Of a stretch of DNA of 64,000 bases, positions 32,604 through 41,549 are shown one piece after another. The position numbers were made by a program, and so were the translations under genes. The stretch covers positions 67,017 to 131,016 of the forward strand of contig CAWIFV010000016.1 in assembly GCA_963835405.1 (NCBI GenBank). The letters are read 5' to 3'. The notes beneath the pieces are model-generated. The model was given only the letters and a program-made list of their open reading frames with translations. It was not told the DNA's origin and did not search any database. This stretch comes from an uncultured Actinomycetota bacterium. Lineage in GTDB: Bacteria; Actinomycetota; Actinomycetes; JAFAQI01. Positions within the stretch are counted from its first letter, which is position 1. Each line of letters opens with the position of its first letter.

Positions 32604-33266
32604 GTGAAGACCGACGTCCAGCCCGGCGGCCAGCCCGGTCACGGCGCGATGCGCGCGGAGATCCTGCGCGCGCTGCGCGCCGCCCGCCGGGCGGTGCCCG
32701 TCGAGGACGTCGCGGCGGCGGTCGGGATCGGGGTGAGCGGCACCCGCTGGCACCTGGACCGGCTCGTCGAGTCCGGGGCGGTCAGGAAGTCGACCGTCCG
32801 GCGACCCTCGCGCGGTCGCCCCCGCCTCCTCTATCGGGCCGCACCAGCGGCCGAGGTGGACGAGGCGGTCCCCTACCGCATGCTCGCGAGCCTGCTCGCC
32901 GCGGAGGTCGGCGCGAGCACGGCGGGCGCGCAGACCACGCCGCCCGCCGCGTTCGCGGCCGGTCGCACCTGGGCCGCGGAGATGGCGCCGGGTGGTCCGG
33001 ACGTGCGCGAGGCGGTCCTGCGGCTGCTCGACGACACCGGGTTCCGGCCGCGCGTCGGCGCCGACCCCTCCGACATCGAGCTCGACAACTGCCCCTTCTT
33101 CGACGTCGCCGCGGCCCATCCCGAGGTCGTCTGCGGGGTGCACCTCGGTCTCCTGCGCGGCGCGGTGGACCGGCTCGGCGCGCCGGACGCCGACATCGCC
33201 CTGATCCCGGTGCTCGACCACCACGAGCCGTGCCGCGTCCGGTTGACCCTGCCCGCCGATGGCTGA
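32604..33266 (+). CDS. Winged-HTH regulator with C-terminal CPF/CxxH (ArnR/SufR-like)
   Basis: RWHLDRLV, RGRPRLLY, NCPF, VCGVHLG. Confidence 0.8.
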   Translation: MKTDVQPGGQPGHGAMRAEILRALRAARRAVPVEDVAAAVGIGVSGTRWHLDRLVESGAVRKSTVRRPSRGRPRLLYRAAPAAEVDEAVPYRMLASLLAAEVGASTAGAQTTPPAAFAAGRTWAAEMAPGGPDVREAVLRLLDDTGFRPRVGADPSDIELDNCPFFDVAAAHPEVVCGVHLGLLRGAVDRLGAPDADIALIPVLDHHEPCRVRLTLPADG

Positions 33267-34056
33267 CCTGGCGGAGCCGTCCGCGCAGGACGCGATGACG
33301 AGGGACCTGCCGACGGCCGGCAGCCCCGACCGCGCGCGCGGGCACTGGCGGCGCCGGTGGATCCCACCGCAGCACGGCGCGTGGGCGATGCTGCTGGTCC
33401 CCTACCTCGCCGGGCTGGTGGCCGCCGGGGGAGCCTGGCCGGACCTCCCGCTGCTCGTCGCGTGGGTCGGCGGCTATCTGACGTCGTACTTCGCGCTGCT
33501 CGCCGTGAAGACCCGCCGGCTCGCGCGCGTCCGGACCCCGCTGCTGTGGTACGCCGTCGTCACCGCGATAGCCGCCGCTGCCACCCTCGCGGCCCGGCCG
33601 CGGCTGCTCACCCTCGCGCCCGCGTTCCTCGGCGCGCTCGCGGTCAACGCGTGGTTCGCCCGCCGGCACGACGACCGGGCGGTGGCGAGCGGCCTGAGCT
33701 CCGTGCTCGCCGCCTGCCTGGTCGTGCCCGCCGTGGCGATCACGGCGCGCGTGCCGGTCGGTGACGTGGGCGACGCCTTCGCGGTGTGCCTGCTCTACTT
33801 CACCGGCTCCCTGCTGTTCGTCAGGACGATGTTCCGGGCCCGGGACGACGCCCGGCTGCGCCTCGTGTCGCTGCTGTTCCACCTGGCCGCGCTGGCCGTC
33901 GCCGGCGTCCTCAGCATCGGCTACTCCGTCGTGTTCGCCGCGGCTCTCGCGAGGGCCGCGCTGCTCTCCGGGCGTCAGCTCAAGCCCGGACGGGTCGGCG
34001 TCGTCGAGCTGGGCATGTCGGCAGCGGTCCTCGCCTCCCTCGCCCTCGTGCACTAG
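33259..34056 (+). CDS. YwiC-like membrane protein
   Basis: WIPPQHGAWAMLLVP, LYFTGSLLFVRTM.R, VGVVE. Confidence 0.85.
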   Translation: MADLAEPSAQDAMTRDLPTAGSPDRARGHWRRRWIPPQHGAWAMLLVPYLAGLVAAGGAWPDLPLLVAWVGGYLTSYFALLAVKTRRLARVRTPLLWYAVVTAIAAAATLAARPRLLTLAPAFLGALAVNAWFARRHDDRAVASGLSSVLAACLVVPAVAITARVPVGDVGDAFAVCLLYFTGSLLFVRTMFRARDDARLRLVSLLFHLAALAVAGVLSIGYSVVFAAALARAALLSGRQLKPGRVGVVELGMSAAVLASLALVH

Positions 34057-34076
34057 CCGGCCGAGACGAGGCGCGC

Positions 34077-34871
34077 ATGGTGATGCCGGAGCCGACGACG
34101 ACGGGCGGCGGCCGTCGGGCCGCCCGCTTCGCTGCGGGGTTCGTCCACCTGGCGGCGTACGTCGCCGAGCACGGCACCGCGAACGTCCCCGGGGGCCACG
34201 TCACCCACGACGGCTTCCGGCTCGGCGCGTGGGTCGACACCAAGCGGAAGGTCTACCGCGCCGGCCGGCTGCCGGACGAGCACGCCGCGCTGCTCACCGC
34301 CCTGGGGCTCGACTGGTCGCCCGGCCGCGGCGCGGCGCTCGCCGCCGGCGGGCGGGACCGGGCGGTGCGGGCGCGCCGGACCGCCGGCGACCGGACGAGC
34401 GAGCGAGCCCTCGTCGCGCTGCGGTCCTTCGCCGCCGAGAACGGCCACGCGAACGCGCCCGAGCGGTTCGCCAGCCAGGACGGGGTGCGGGCCGGCGCGT
34501 GGCTGGCCCGGCAGCGGCAGGCCCGGCGCCGCGGGACCCTGCGGGCGTGGGTCGAAGCCGCGCTGGACGAGCTGGGCGTGGACTGGGAGCCGCGCGCGGA
34601 CGGGCACCTGCGTGGGCAGCAGCGGCGCAGCGCGAACGCGTTCACGAACGGCTTCCGGCACTACCAGCACTTCCGCAAGTGGCATCACCGCGATCCGCGG
34701 GTGGACGAGCGGAGCCCGGACGGGTTCCGGGTGGGTCGATGGGTCGACCGGCAACGCGCCCGCTACCGCGACGGGCAGCTCCCGCCGGCGCGGCAGGCCG
34801 CCCTGACCCACGCGGGGATCTGCTGGGGCAGCGCCGGCGGGAGTGGCCGGACCCGGCGCACCGCGTCGTAG
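34077..34871 (+). CDS. Stand-alone protein of three helicase-associated (HA) repeats
   Basis: Three units matching G..xP....DG.R.G.W....R...R.G.L.......L...G..W. Confidence 0.85.
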   Translation: MVMPEPTTTGGGRRAARFAAGFVHLAAYVAEHGTANVPGGHVTHDGFRLGAWVDTKRKVYRAGRLPDEHAALLTALGLDWSPGRGAALAAGGRDRAVRARRTAGDRTSERALVALRSFAAENGHANAPERFASQDGVRAGAWLARQRQARRRGTLRAWVEAALDELGVDWEPRADGHLRGQQRRSANAFTNGFRHYQHFRKWHHRDPRVDERSPDGFRVGRWVDRQRARYRDGQLPPARQAALTHAGICWGSAGGSGRTRRTAS

Positions 34872-35175
34872 CCGAGCTCAGCCGCCGAGGAGTACCGCAG
34901 ACGTGAACGGCGTGGCCCGGGCGCCGGTCGCCGCGACGAGCCACGCGTCAGCGACCTCGCGCCTCAGGTTGGGTAGCGCTACGTACCCCTGCGAGCAACC
35001 AGCGCCACCCAAGGTCCAGCGCGCCGGCGTCGACGCTTCACCACGTGGGGTGCGACGGTGCGGGCGCGGCCGCCTCTGACCGGGGTACGCCGTCGTCGTC
35101 GTCGTGGGAGGTGGCCGGAAGCGGGCGATTTAGGCTGGCGCCCGCGTCCGGGCGCTTCTGACCGGGTCGAGCGCG

Positions 35176-35556
35176 CTACGGAGACGCCGTGCTCACGGTC
35201 CTCCGCGGGAACATCACCGTGATCTCAGCCGCTCCGCCGGCAGACACCGACACCGCGGCCGATTCGGCGGTCTCCCACCGCAGGTCGGGCAGCGCGACTC
35301 GTGCCGTGTAGGTCCCGGGAGGTACGCGCATCTTCAAGCGGCCAGCGTCGTTGGTCCTTGCCCTGCGCCAGGGAGCGACACGTCCGTCCTTGTAGACCTG
35401 CACGGCGGCGTCTGCCGCCGGCAGGAACACGCACTTCCCGTCGGAACCACAGAGGTCAGCGGAGGACGTGACGGTGAGCTCGCCGGTCGTCGGCGAGCGA
35501 GAGCAGGCAGCAACGATGAGAGCGAGCGCCGCGAAAACGGCGGGCAGCGCCAACAT
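35176..35556 (-). CDS. Putative lipoprotein with a carboxypeptidase-regulatory-like beta sandwich
   Basis: Lipobox IVAAC; ARTNDAG..VPPGTY motif. Confidence 0.7.
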   Translation of the reverse strand: MLALPAVFAALALIVAACSRSPTTGELTVTSSADLCGSDGKCVFLPAADAAVQVYKDGRVAPWRRARTNDAGRLKMRVPPGTYTARVALPDLRWETAESAAVSVSAGGAAEITVMFPRRTVSTASP

Positions 35557-35647
35557 GCCGCGACGTCCCCCGTGGAAGCTCACCACCGGGTTCTCGCGCA
35601 GCACCGAGGTCAGTGCCTTCGAATCGGGCAGCATCCGAGTCGACCGG

Positions 35648-35980
35648 TCACGGGCCGGCGAGACCGAGAAACACGAGCAGGGCGCGGCCAAGTCGAACCA
35701 TGTCCTCGTCGGAGAGCCGGCCGACTTGTTGGCCCAGCTTCGAGCGCGGCACTGTTGTGAGCTTGTCGACCATCAGACGGCTGACCTCGCGAAGGCCGTT
35801 CAGATCGTCCGGGGTCACGGTAAGGCGAAGGAGCGGGGCGTCGGTCGGGTCACTGGTGAAGGCGCAGACGGTTACGGAGTCCGTCGCGTCGAATCGGTCG
35901 TCTTGCACGATGACGACGGGTCGCGGCTTTCCGGCGTACCCGCTGCCCGCCGCGGCGGTCCAGATCTCGCCGCGCCTCAC
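35648..35980 (-). CDS. mazF: PemK/MazF-family toxin
   Basis: MRRGEIW, GKPRPVVIVQ, NGL..S.LMVDK. Confidence 0.92.
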   Translation of the reverse strand: MRRGEIWTAAAGSGYAGKPRPVVIVQDDRFDATDSVTVCAFTSDPTDAPLLRLTVTPDDLNGLREVSRLMVDKLTTVPRSKLGQQVGRLSDEDMVRLGRALLVFLGLAGP

Positions 35981-36195
35981 TCGTCGTCCAGGCTCACCGC
36001 GTCAATGAAGGCCTGGTCGTCGGCCGCGTGCGCGCTCTTGGATACCGCCGCGGATTGGCGGTGAGCCTCCGCGACGAACGAGGGCGAGCGGACATCTGGG
36101 ACCCAGATCTGGATAGGACGGAGCCCTTGCGCGCGGAGACGATCCCGATGGGTGCGCACCCGGTCGCGTACGGGCAGAGCGTCGTCACGGGCCAT
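35977..36195 (-). CDS. Antitoxin, MazE-like (DUF3018 type)
   Basis: RVRTHRDRLRAQGLRPIQIWVPDVR..EAHRQS; GTGA overlap with the toxin. Confidence 0.88.
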   Translation of the reverse strand: MARDDALPVRDRVRTHRDRLRAQGLRPIQIWVPDVRSPSFVAEAHRQSAAVSKSAHAADDQAFIDAVSLDDE

Positions 36196-36202
36196 AGCGA
36201 AA

Positions 36203-36216
36203 CGTTACATGTAACG
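36203..36216. promoter_or_regulatory. Probable TA autorepression operator
   Basis: Perfect palindrome CGTTACATGTAACG, 7 bp upstream of the antitoxin ATG. Confidence 0.7.
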
Positions 36217-36310
36217 CCTGCGGTTGGTCAAGCGCATCCTTGATCTCGTGACCGGTAAGGGCCGTTACTCGCCCTCCATCGGACCCATCTATCACCCGTG
36301 TTAGCCGAGC

Positions 36311-36811
36311 TCAGGTACCGATGACGAGAGCCAGCCGCCCGGACCCGTAGCCGACCACCTCCACCTCGAGGTCGAGCCGGCGACCGAACATGCGCGCGAG
36401 AGCCTGCACGTCCCGGGGCGGCGTCTCCGTCGCGGTGTAGAGGTCGTAGAGCTTGACGTGTGGTGCGCCGTCGGCGTTGAGCAGCGACGACATGATGTTG
36501 AGAATCTCGTAGAGGTTGTCGCGAACCGGGTCGGTGAGCTCCCCCAGCTTCGCCGCATCGGTGACGAGCTTGGGCGGCAGCAGTGCCAGTCCCGCGCCGA
36601 GCGACGCCGCGAGCTCCAGCGACAGGACGCACACCGCGGCCGTGTGCACTCGCTCGTCGACGTATATCGCCACGCACGCCGCCGTCGTGGGCTCGAGCAG
36701 GAACGCGTCCGAGGCGGCGACCTCCACGTCGCGGCCGAGCAGGCCGCCGATCAGCTCCTTCACGCCGAACCCTGTCGGGATCGGCGTCACGACCGTCGTC
36801 GGCGCGGTCAT
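36311..36811 (-). CDS. Chemotaxis-associated protein, possible CheC/CheX-like phosphatase
   Basis: DNLYEILNI (ExxN); translationally coupled to cheY. Confidence 0.6.
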   Translation of the reverse strand: MTAPTTVVTPIPTGFGVKELIGGLLGRDVEVAASDAFLLEPTTAACVAIYVDERVHTAAVCVLSLELAASLGAGLALLPPKLVTDAAKLGELTDPVRDNLYEILNIMSSLLNADGAPHVKLYDLYTATETPPRDVQALARMFGRRLDLEVEVVGYGSGRLALVIGT

Positions 36812-37170
36812 GACAGCACCGGTGCCAGCGCCTCGTGGAACGCGTCGACGTTGAACGGCTTGGCGATGAGGAACAGTGCCCCGGAGTCGGCCGCCAGCTG
36901 CCGCATCTCGGCCGAGCCTTCGGACGTGACGAAGCCGAACGGCACCCCGCTCCCCGACCGGCGCAGCGCGTCGAGCAGCTCGATGCCCGTCATCTCGGGC
37001 ATGTTCCAGTCGGAGAGCACGAGGTCGGGCGTCTCGGTGGCGACCAGGTCGAACGCCTCGCGGCCGTTCACGGCCTCGACGACCTCGTGGTCGCCGAAGC
37101 CGGCCTGCCGAAGCGTGCGGGTCACGATCAGCCGCATCGCCTTGCTGTCGTCAGCGATCAGGATTCTCAT
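36808..37170 (-). CDS. cheY: CheY-like response regulator
   Basis: ILIADDS, DWNMPEMTG, FVTSE, KPF. Confidence 0.85.
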   Translation of the reverse strand: MRILIADDSKAMRLIVTRTLRQAGFGDHEVVEAVNGREAFDLVATETPDLVLSDWNMPEMTGIELLDALRRSGSGVPFGFVTSEGSAEMRQLAADSGALFLIAKPFNVDAFHEALAPVLS

Positions 37171-37178
37171 CGGTTACC

Positions 37179-37640
37179 TCACACCGACCACACGCTGACG
37201 CGCACCGGGCGATGTCCCCACGACACCGTCGCCGAGACGACGGGCACCGACCCTGGGACGTGGACGACGTAGCCGGCGCCGTACGTCACGCTCGGAACGG
37301 ACAGCTTGCTCGGACCGGGTAGCAGCCCCTTGACGTTGCCACCCACCATGTTGACGAGCTCGCCGAGCGCGTCGGCGATGTCGGGGTCCGACATCTCCGC
37401 CGGCTCGGCCATGAACAGCGCGGCCGCCGCGTCGCGGGCTGCGTCCGACCCGCACTCGAGCAGGATCGCGCCGTTCCAGGCGCCGCTCACCGTGACGCAG
37501 GCGGTGACGCGCGCGTCGCCGGGAGGCAGCTCGCCGCCGACGTCGAGCGTCTCGGCGGACAGGAACGACGACCAGACGTCGTGCGTGATGCTGATGATCT
37601 CGTCGCTGCTCGGCACGGCGCTGCCAACGGTCACGGTCAT
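37179..37640 (-). CDS. cheX: CheY-P phosphatase CheX
   Basis: DALGELVNMVGGNVK, SGAWNG. Confidence 0.88.
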   Translation of the reverse strand: MTVTVGSAVPSSDEIISITHDVWSSFLSAETLDVGGELPPGDARVTACVTVSGAWNGAILLECGSDAARDAAAALFMAEPAEMSDPDIADALGELVNMVGGNVKGLLPGPSKLSVPSVTYGAGYVVHVPGSVPVVSATVSWGHRPVRVSVWSV

Positions 37641-37655
37641 GTGCGGTCTCCCCAG

Positions 37656-38025
37656 TCAGTCGGCCAGCCCGAGCAGGCCCAGCTTGTCGACGATCGCGTC
37701 CGGCGTGAACGGCTTGATGACGTACTCGTGCGCGCCCGCAGCGAGCGCCTTGACGATCTGCGACTGCTCGCTCTCGGTCGTCACCATCATCAAGGTGATG
37801 TCGCGCAGGTCCTGCTCGGCGCGGACCCGCGAGACGAACTCGAGACCGTCCATGACCGGCATGTTCCAGTCGATCAGGGCGAGCTGCCGGCTTGGGTCCC
37901 TCGTGGACGATGTCCAGGGCCTCCTGGCCGTTGCCCGCCTCCCGGACGTCGTAGCCCAGGTCGCGCATGATCCTGCCGAGGATCATCCGCATGGCCCGGG
38001 AGTCATCGATGACGAGGGCGAGCAT
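37656..38025 (-). CDS. cheY: CheY response regulator, frameshift near 37885
   Basis: LVIDDSRAMR, DWNMPVMDG, MMVTTE, KPF. Confidence 0.88.
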
Positions 38026-38078
38026 TGCCACCTCCGTGTCCCTGCGCGCCGGACGTGTCCTGCTCGCGCACCGCTTCT

Positions 38079-38106
38079 CCATCGGCCGGCCGGGGCACCG
38101 GCTGAG
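38079..38106 (-). promoter_or_regulatory. Internal FliA-type promoter for the cheY-cheX-cheY sub-operon
   Basis: CTCA-N16-GCCGATGG in the cheR-cheY gap. Confidence 0.65.
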
Positions 38107-38109
38107 CCC

Positions 38110-38935
38110 TCACGAGCCGCCTGCCGCGGGCTGGTACGCCACCGCCGGGCCGGCCTGCACGCGGACGTACCCGTCGTGCACCCCCAGGGTGGTCTCGGCG
38201 GCCCCGAGGAACAGGTAGCCGTCGGGCCGGAGCAGCCGGAGCACCCGGTCGAGCACGAGCCGCTTGGTGTCCTGGCCGAAGTAGATGAGCACGTTGCGCA
38301 GGAAGACCACGTCGAAGGTGCCGAGTGGCGGCAGCGGCGCGGCGAGGTTGAGCTTCTGGAAGCGACGGCCTGCCGCAGCGAAGGCTCCAGCTCCCAGTCG
38401 ACGCCGGCGCGGCGGAAGTCCCGCACCAGCCGATGGGCCGGCAGCCCGCGGTTCATCTCCAGCTGGGTGAACCGCCCGGTGCGTGCCCTGGCCAGCATCT
38501 CCTCCGACAGGTCGGTGCCGAGGATGTCGACCTGCCAGCTCGCGGCCGAGAGCAGGTCGCGGAGGATCATCGCGATCGTGAACGGCTCCTGGCCGCTGCT
38601 GCACGCGGCTGACCAGAACCGCAGCCGGCGCTCCGCCGACCGCCGTCTCACCAGCCGGGCACGACGACGTCCGAGAGCGCGGTGAAGGGGTGCGCGTCGC
38701 GAAACCACGACGTCTCGTTGGTGGTCAGCGCCTCGACCACCTCCCGTGCGAAGCCGTTCACCGCACCGGCCCGCAGCCTGGCCACCAGCTCGCCGACGCC
38801 GTCGAGACCGGCGCGCCGGGCGACCGGCAGCAGCCGCGACTCGACGAGGTAGTCCTTGCTGTCGTCGAGGACGATGGCCGACTCCCGGGCGACGAGGTCG
38901 CGGACGAACGTGAAGTCGGCGTAGGCGACGGTCAT
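38110..38935 (-). CDS. cheR: Chemoreceptor methyltransferase, frameshifted
   Basis: [30 protein letters not shown]. Confidence 0.92.
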
Positions 38936-40041
38936 CGCGACACCCGCAGCGGCGTGGACAGGCGCTCCCGGTTGACCGCGGTCCGCACCGCTCCCGCTAT
39001 CTGGTCGATCGGCAGCACGGCGTGCGCCAGCCCCGCATGCGCGACGGCCCCGGGCATCCCCCACACGACCGACGTCGCCTCGTCCTGCACGACCACCTCG
39101 CCGCCGTGGTGGACCACGTCCTCGCAGCCGCGCGCGCCGTCCTGTCCCATCCCGGTGAGCACGACGGCCAGGGCGTGCGACCCGAACGTCGCGGCGACCG
39201 ACCGGAACAGGACGTCGACGGCCGGACGGCAGAAGTTCTCCGGCGGTCCGTCCGAGAGCCGGGCACGTACGACGCCCCCGGCCGACTCCACGGTGAGGTG
39301 GTGGTCGCCGGGCGCGATGTAACGTGCCCGCGCTCCAGCACGTCGCCGTGTGCGGCCTCGCTGACGCGCAGCGGGCCGGTGGCGTTGAGCCGGGTCGCGA
39401 ACAACCGGGTGAACAGGGGCGGCATGTGCTGCACGACGACCACCGGCACCGGCAGATCGCCGGGCAGGGCGGCCAGGACTCGGGCCAACGCGTCGGGACC
39501 GCCGGTGGAGCAGCCGAGCGCCACGACGTCGACGCGTGCGGGCACGTGGGAACGGGTCGCGATGCCGGCCGTCGGTGCCGACCGCGGGGTGCCCGGTCGG
39601 GAGCTCGACACCCCCGCCCCGCCCACGAGGCGCGACGCGCACAGCGCCTTGATCTTCGGCACGCAGCTGCCGGCGGACGGTCTCGATCGACTCCGTCACG
39701 CTCCCGACGTTCGCAGGTTTCGTGACGTAGTCGTTCGCACCGGCCGCCAGCGCGTCGAGCGTCGCCGTCGCCCCCTGCTCGGTGAGGGTGCTGAACATCA
39801 CGACCGGGAGCCGCGGGTGGGTCTTGCGGATCTCGCGCAGGGTCGCCACGCCGTCGAGCACGGGCATCTCGACGTCGAGGGTGACGGCGTCCGGCGCGAG
39901 CAGGGCGAGCTTGTCCAGGGCGATGCGGCCGTTCGCCGCCGCGCCGACCACGTGGATGTCGGGGTCGCTGTCGAGCAGGTTGGTCACCAGCCTGCGGATG
40001 ACCACCGAGTCGTCCACGACCAGGACGGAGATGCGGGCCAT
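38932..40041 (-). CDS. cheB: Chemoreceptor methylesterase, frameshifted
   Basis: Receiver domain, CSTGGP, QHMP, RPAVDVLF, LTGMGQDG. Confidence 0.93.
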   Translation of the reverse strand: MARISVLVVDDSVVIRRLVTNLLDSDPDIHVVGAAANGRIALDKLALLAPDAVTLDVEMPVLDGVATLREIRKTHPRLPVVMFSTLTEQGATATLDALAAGANDYVTKPANVGSVTESIETVRRQLRAEDQGAVRVAPRGRGGGVELPTGHPAVGTDGRHRDPFPRARTRRRRGARLLHRRSRRVGPSPGRPARRSAGAGGRRAAHAAPVHPVVRDPAQRHRPAARQRGRTRRRAGARARYIAPGDHHLTVESAGGVVRARLSDGPPENFCRPAVDVLFRSVAATFGSHALAVVLTGMGQDGARGCEDVVHHGGEVVVQDEATSVVWGMPGAVAHAGLAHAVLPIDQIAGAVRTAVNRERLSTPLRVSR

Positions 40042-40047
40042 GCGGCG

Positions 40048-40191
40048 TCAGCTGGCCGAGGGCGGTTCGGCGAGGACGCTGCGCATGTCGGCGAGCCGGG
40101 TGTCGAGTGCGGTCAGCTCGGCGACCTCACCGAAGCTGACCAGCACGCTCTGCAGGCACGTGACATCACGGTTCGTGTCACCGTCGCTCAT
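40048..40191 (-). CDS. Small hypothetical protein (47 aa)
   Basis: Purine-rich RBS; stops 6 bp before the cheB start. Confidence 0.5.
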   Translation of the reverse strand: MSDGDTNRDVTCLQSVLVSFGEVAELTALDTRLADMRSVLAEPPSAS

Positions 40192-40254
40192 GGCGACCCC
40201 TCTCGCTCTCGGCCACCCATCGGCGGTCGGGGGCGCGGCGTGAGGCAATCGCGG

Positions 40255-41109
40255 CTAGTCGGTCGCCCGCTTCCACGGTCGCGACAGGCGCGCGGCCAAC
40301 GGCGCGTCGAGATCGCGGACGTAGGCGGCCTGCACCCGCGCGCTGACGGCGCTCCAGACCCCGGTGGCGACCAGCCGCGCGTCCACGCCGGCCAGCGCGA
40401 GCCGACGCACGGCGTCGAGCTGGGCCGCCGCGGCGGGCCGGAGCCGTCCGCTGGACGCGACGAGGGCCGCTGCCGCGTGCATCGAGCTCGGCCAGCCGGT
40501 CGACCGCCGCCGCTCCGCGTCGACCTCCACCTGCAGGCGGCCCACGTCGAGGGCGGTGAGCCGGGAAAGGCGGGACGCGACGTCGGCGGCCCGGTGGTCC
40601 AGGGCCGACGGTGCCGACACCCGCCGCACGGCTCGTCGCCAGGGTGCGCGCAGCCGGCGGGCGTGGACCTCGCCGAGCGCCTCGCTGACGTAGCCGGCGG
40701 CGGCGGCGTCGCAGAGGAGAGCGGCCGCGGGCTCCGCGTGCGCCAACCCGGCGAGCAGTGCCCAGCCGAGGATCTCCTCACGCACCAGCCGCAGCACGTC
40801 GTCGAGCGTCCCGATCGGCGTCACGGCGAGCCGGGTGACGCGATCGGTGAGCGTCTCGGCGTCGTCACCGCCGGCGCTTCCCACCGCGGCCGCCATCGCG
40901 TCGCCGATGCCCGACCGCCCGGCGGTGCCGTGCATGATCGCGAGCCACGCGTCGTCGCGGTCCGGGTCGTCGACGTAGTAGCGCCCGACGGCGTCGACGT
41001 CCGCCGGGCGCAGGCCCATCCCCTCGACCAGCACCCGCGCCACCTCGCTCCCGCCGGGAATCCGGGCCAGGTCGAAGCCGAGGGCCGGAGCCGACAGGAG
41101 GGAGTACAC
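40255..41109 (-). CDS. Hypothetical protein within the che operon (about 284 aa)
   Basis: Intact ORF starting 10 bp after cheW; (M)YSLLSAPALGFDLAR. Confidence 0.8.
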   Translation of the reverse strand: MYSLLSAPALGFDLARIPGGSEVARVLVEGMGLRPADVDAVGRYYVDDPDRDDAWLAIMHGTAGRSGIGDAMAAAVGSAGGDDAETLTDRVTRLAVTPIGTLDDVLRLVREEILGWALLAGLAHAEPAAALLCDAAAAGYVSEALGEVHARRLRAPWRRAVRRVSAPSALDHRAADVASRLSRLTALDVGRLQVEVDAERRRSTGWPSSMHAAAALVASSGRLRPAAAAQLDAVRRLALAGVDARLVATGVWSAVSARVQAAYVRDLDAPLAARLSRPWKRATD

Positions 41110-41119
41110 GCCGCTCCGC

Positions 41120-41548
41120 TCAGGCGTCGACGTCGACTGCGCGCCGCACATCCAACGCGAGCAGGAGCGCATCGTCGAGCTTGTACGCCCCGCGGATCAG
41201 CTCGCGACCGGGCCCGGTCACCGTCTCCGGCGGCGGCTCGAACAGGTCGCTCGCCACGTCGACGACGTCGCCGATCGAGTCCACCAGCAGGCTGACCGCC
41301 TCGTCGTCCACCCGGACCACGACGTTCATCGGCAGCTGGTCGCTCGGCCGCGGCGGGAGGCCCAGCCGGTCGCGGAGGTCGATCGCGGTGACGACCTGGC
41401 CGCGCAGGTTGATCAGCCCGCCGACGGCGGACGGCGCGAGCGGCACGCGCGTCATCGCCTGGAAGCGGATCACCTCCTGGACGTTCTCGACCTCGACCCC
41501 GAACAGCTGTCCGCCGACGCCGAACGTCGACAGCTGGTTGGCGGCCAC
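41120..41548 (-). CDS. cheW: CheW adaptor
   Basis: VQEVIR, GLINLRGQVVTAIDL, LLVDSIGDV. Confidence 0.93.
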   Translation of the reverse strand: MAANQLSTFGVGGQLFGVEVENVQEVIRFQAMTRVPLAPSAVGGLINLRGQVVTAIDLRDRLGLPPRPSDQLPMNVVVRVDDEAVSLLVDSIGDVVDVASDLFEPPPETVTGPGRELIRGAYKLDDALLLALDVRRAVDVDA

Positions 41549-41549
41549 G

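Larger units (their letters stand above)
34869..36314. mobile_element. About 1.4-kb islet bounded by a 13-bp direct repeat
   Basis: TAGCCGAGCTCAG at 34869-34881 and 36302-36314; interior visibly less GC-rich; carries a TA pair. Confidence 0.65.

Noticed and set aside
36212-36306. TAAC..GTTA hairpin and GTTAGCC as an integron attC
   Set aside because: Pairing is poor, no second attC-like site bounds the other genes, and there is no intI.
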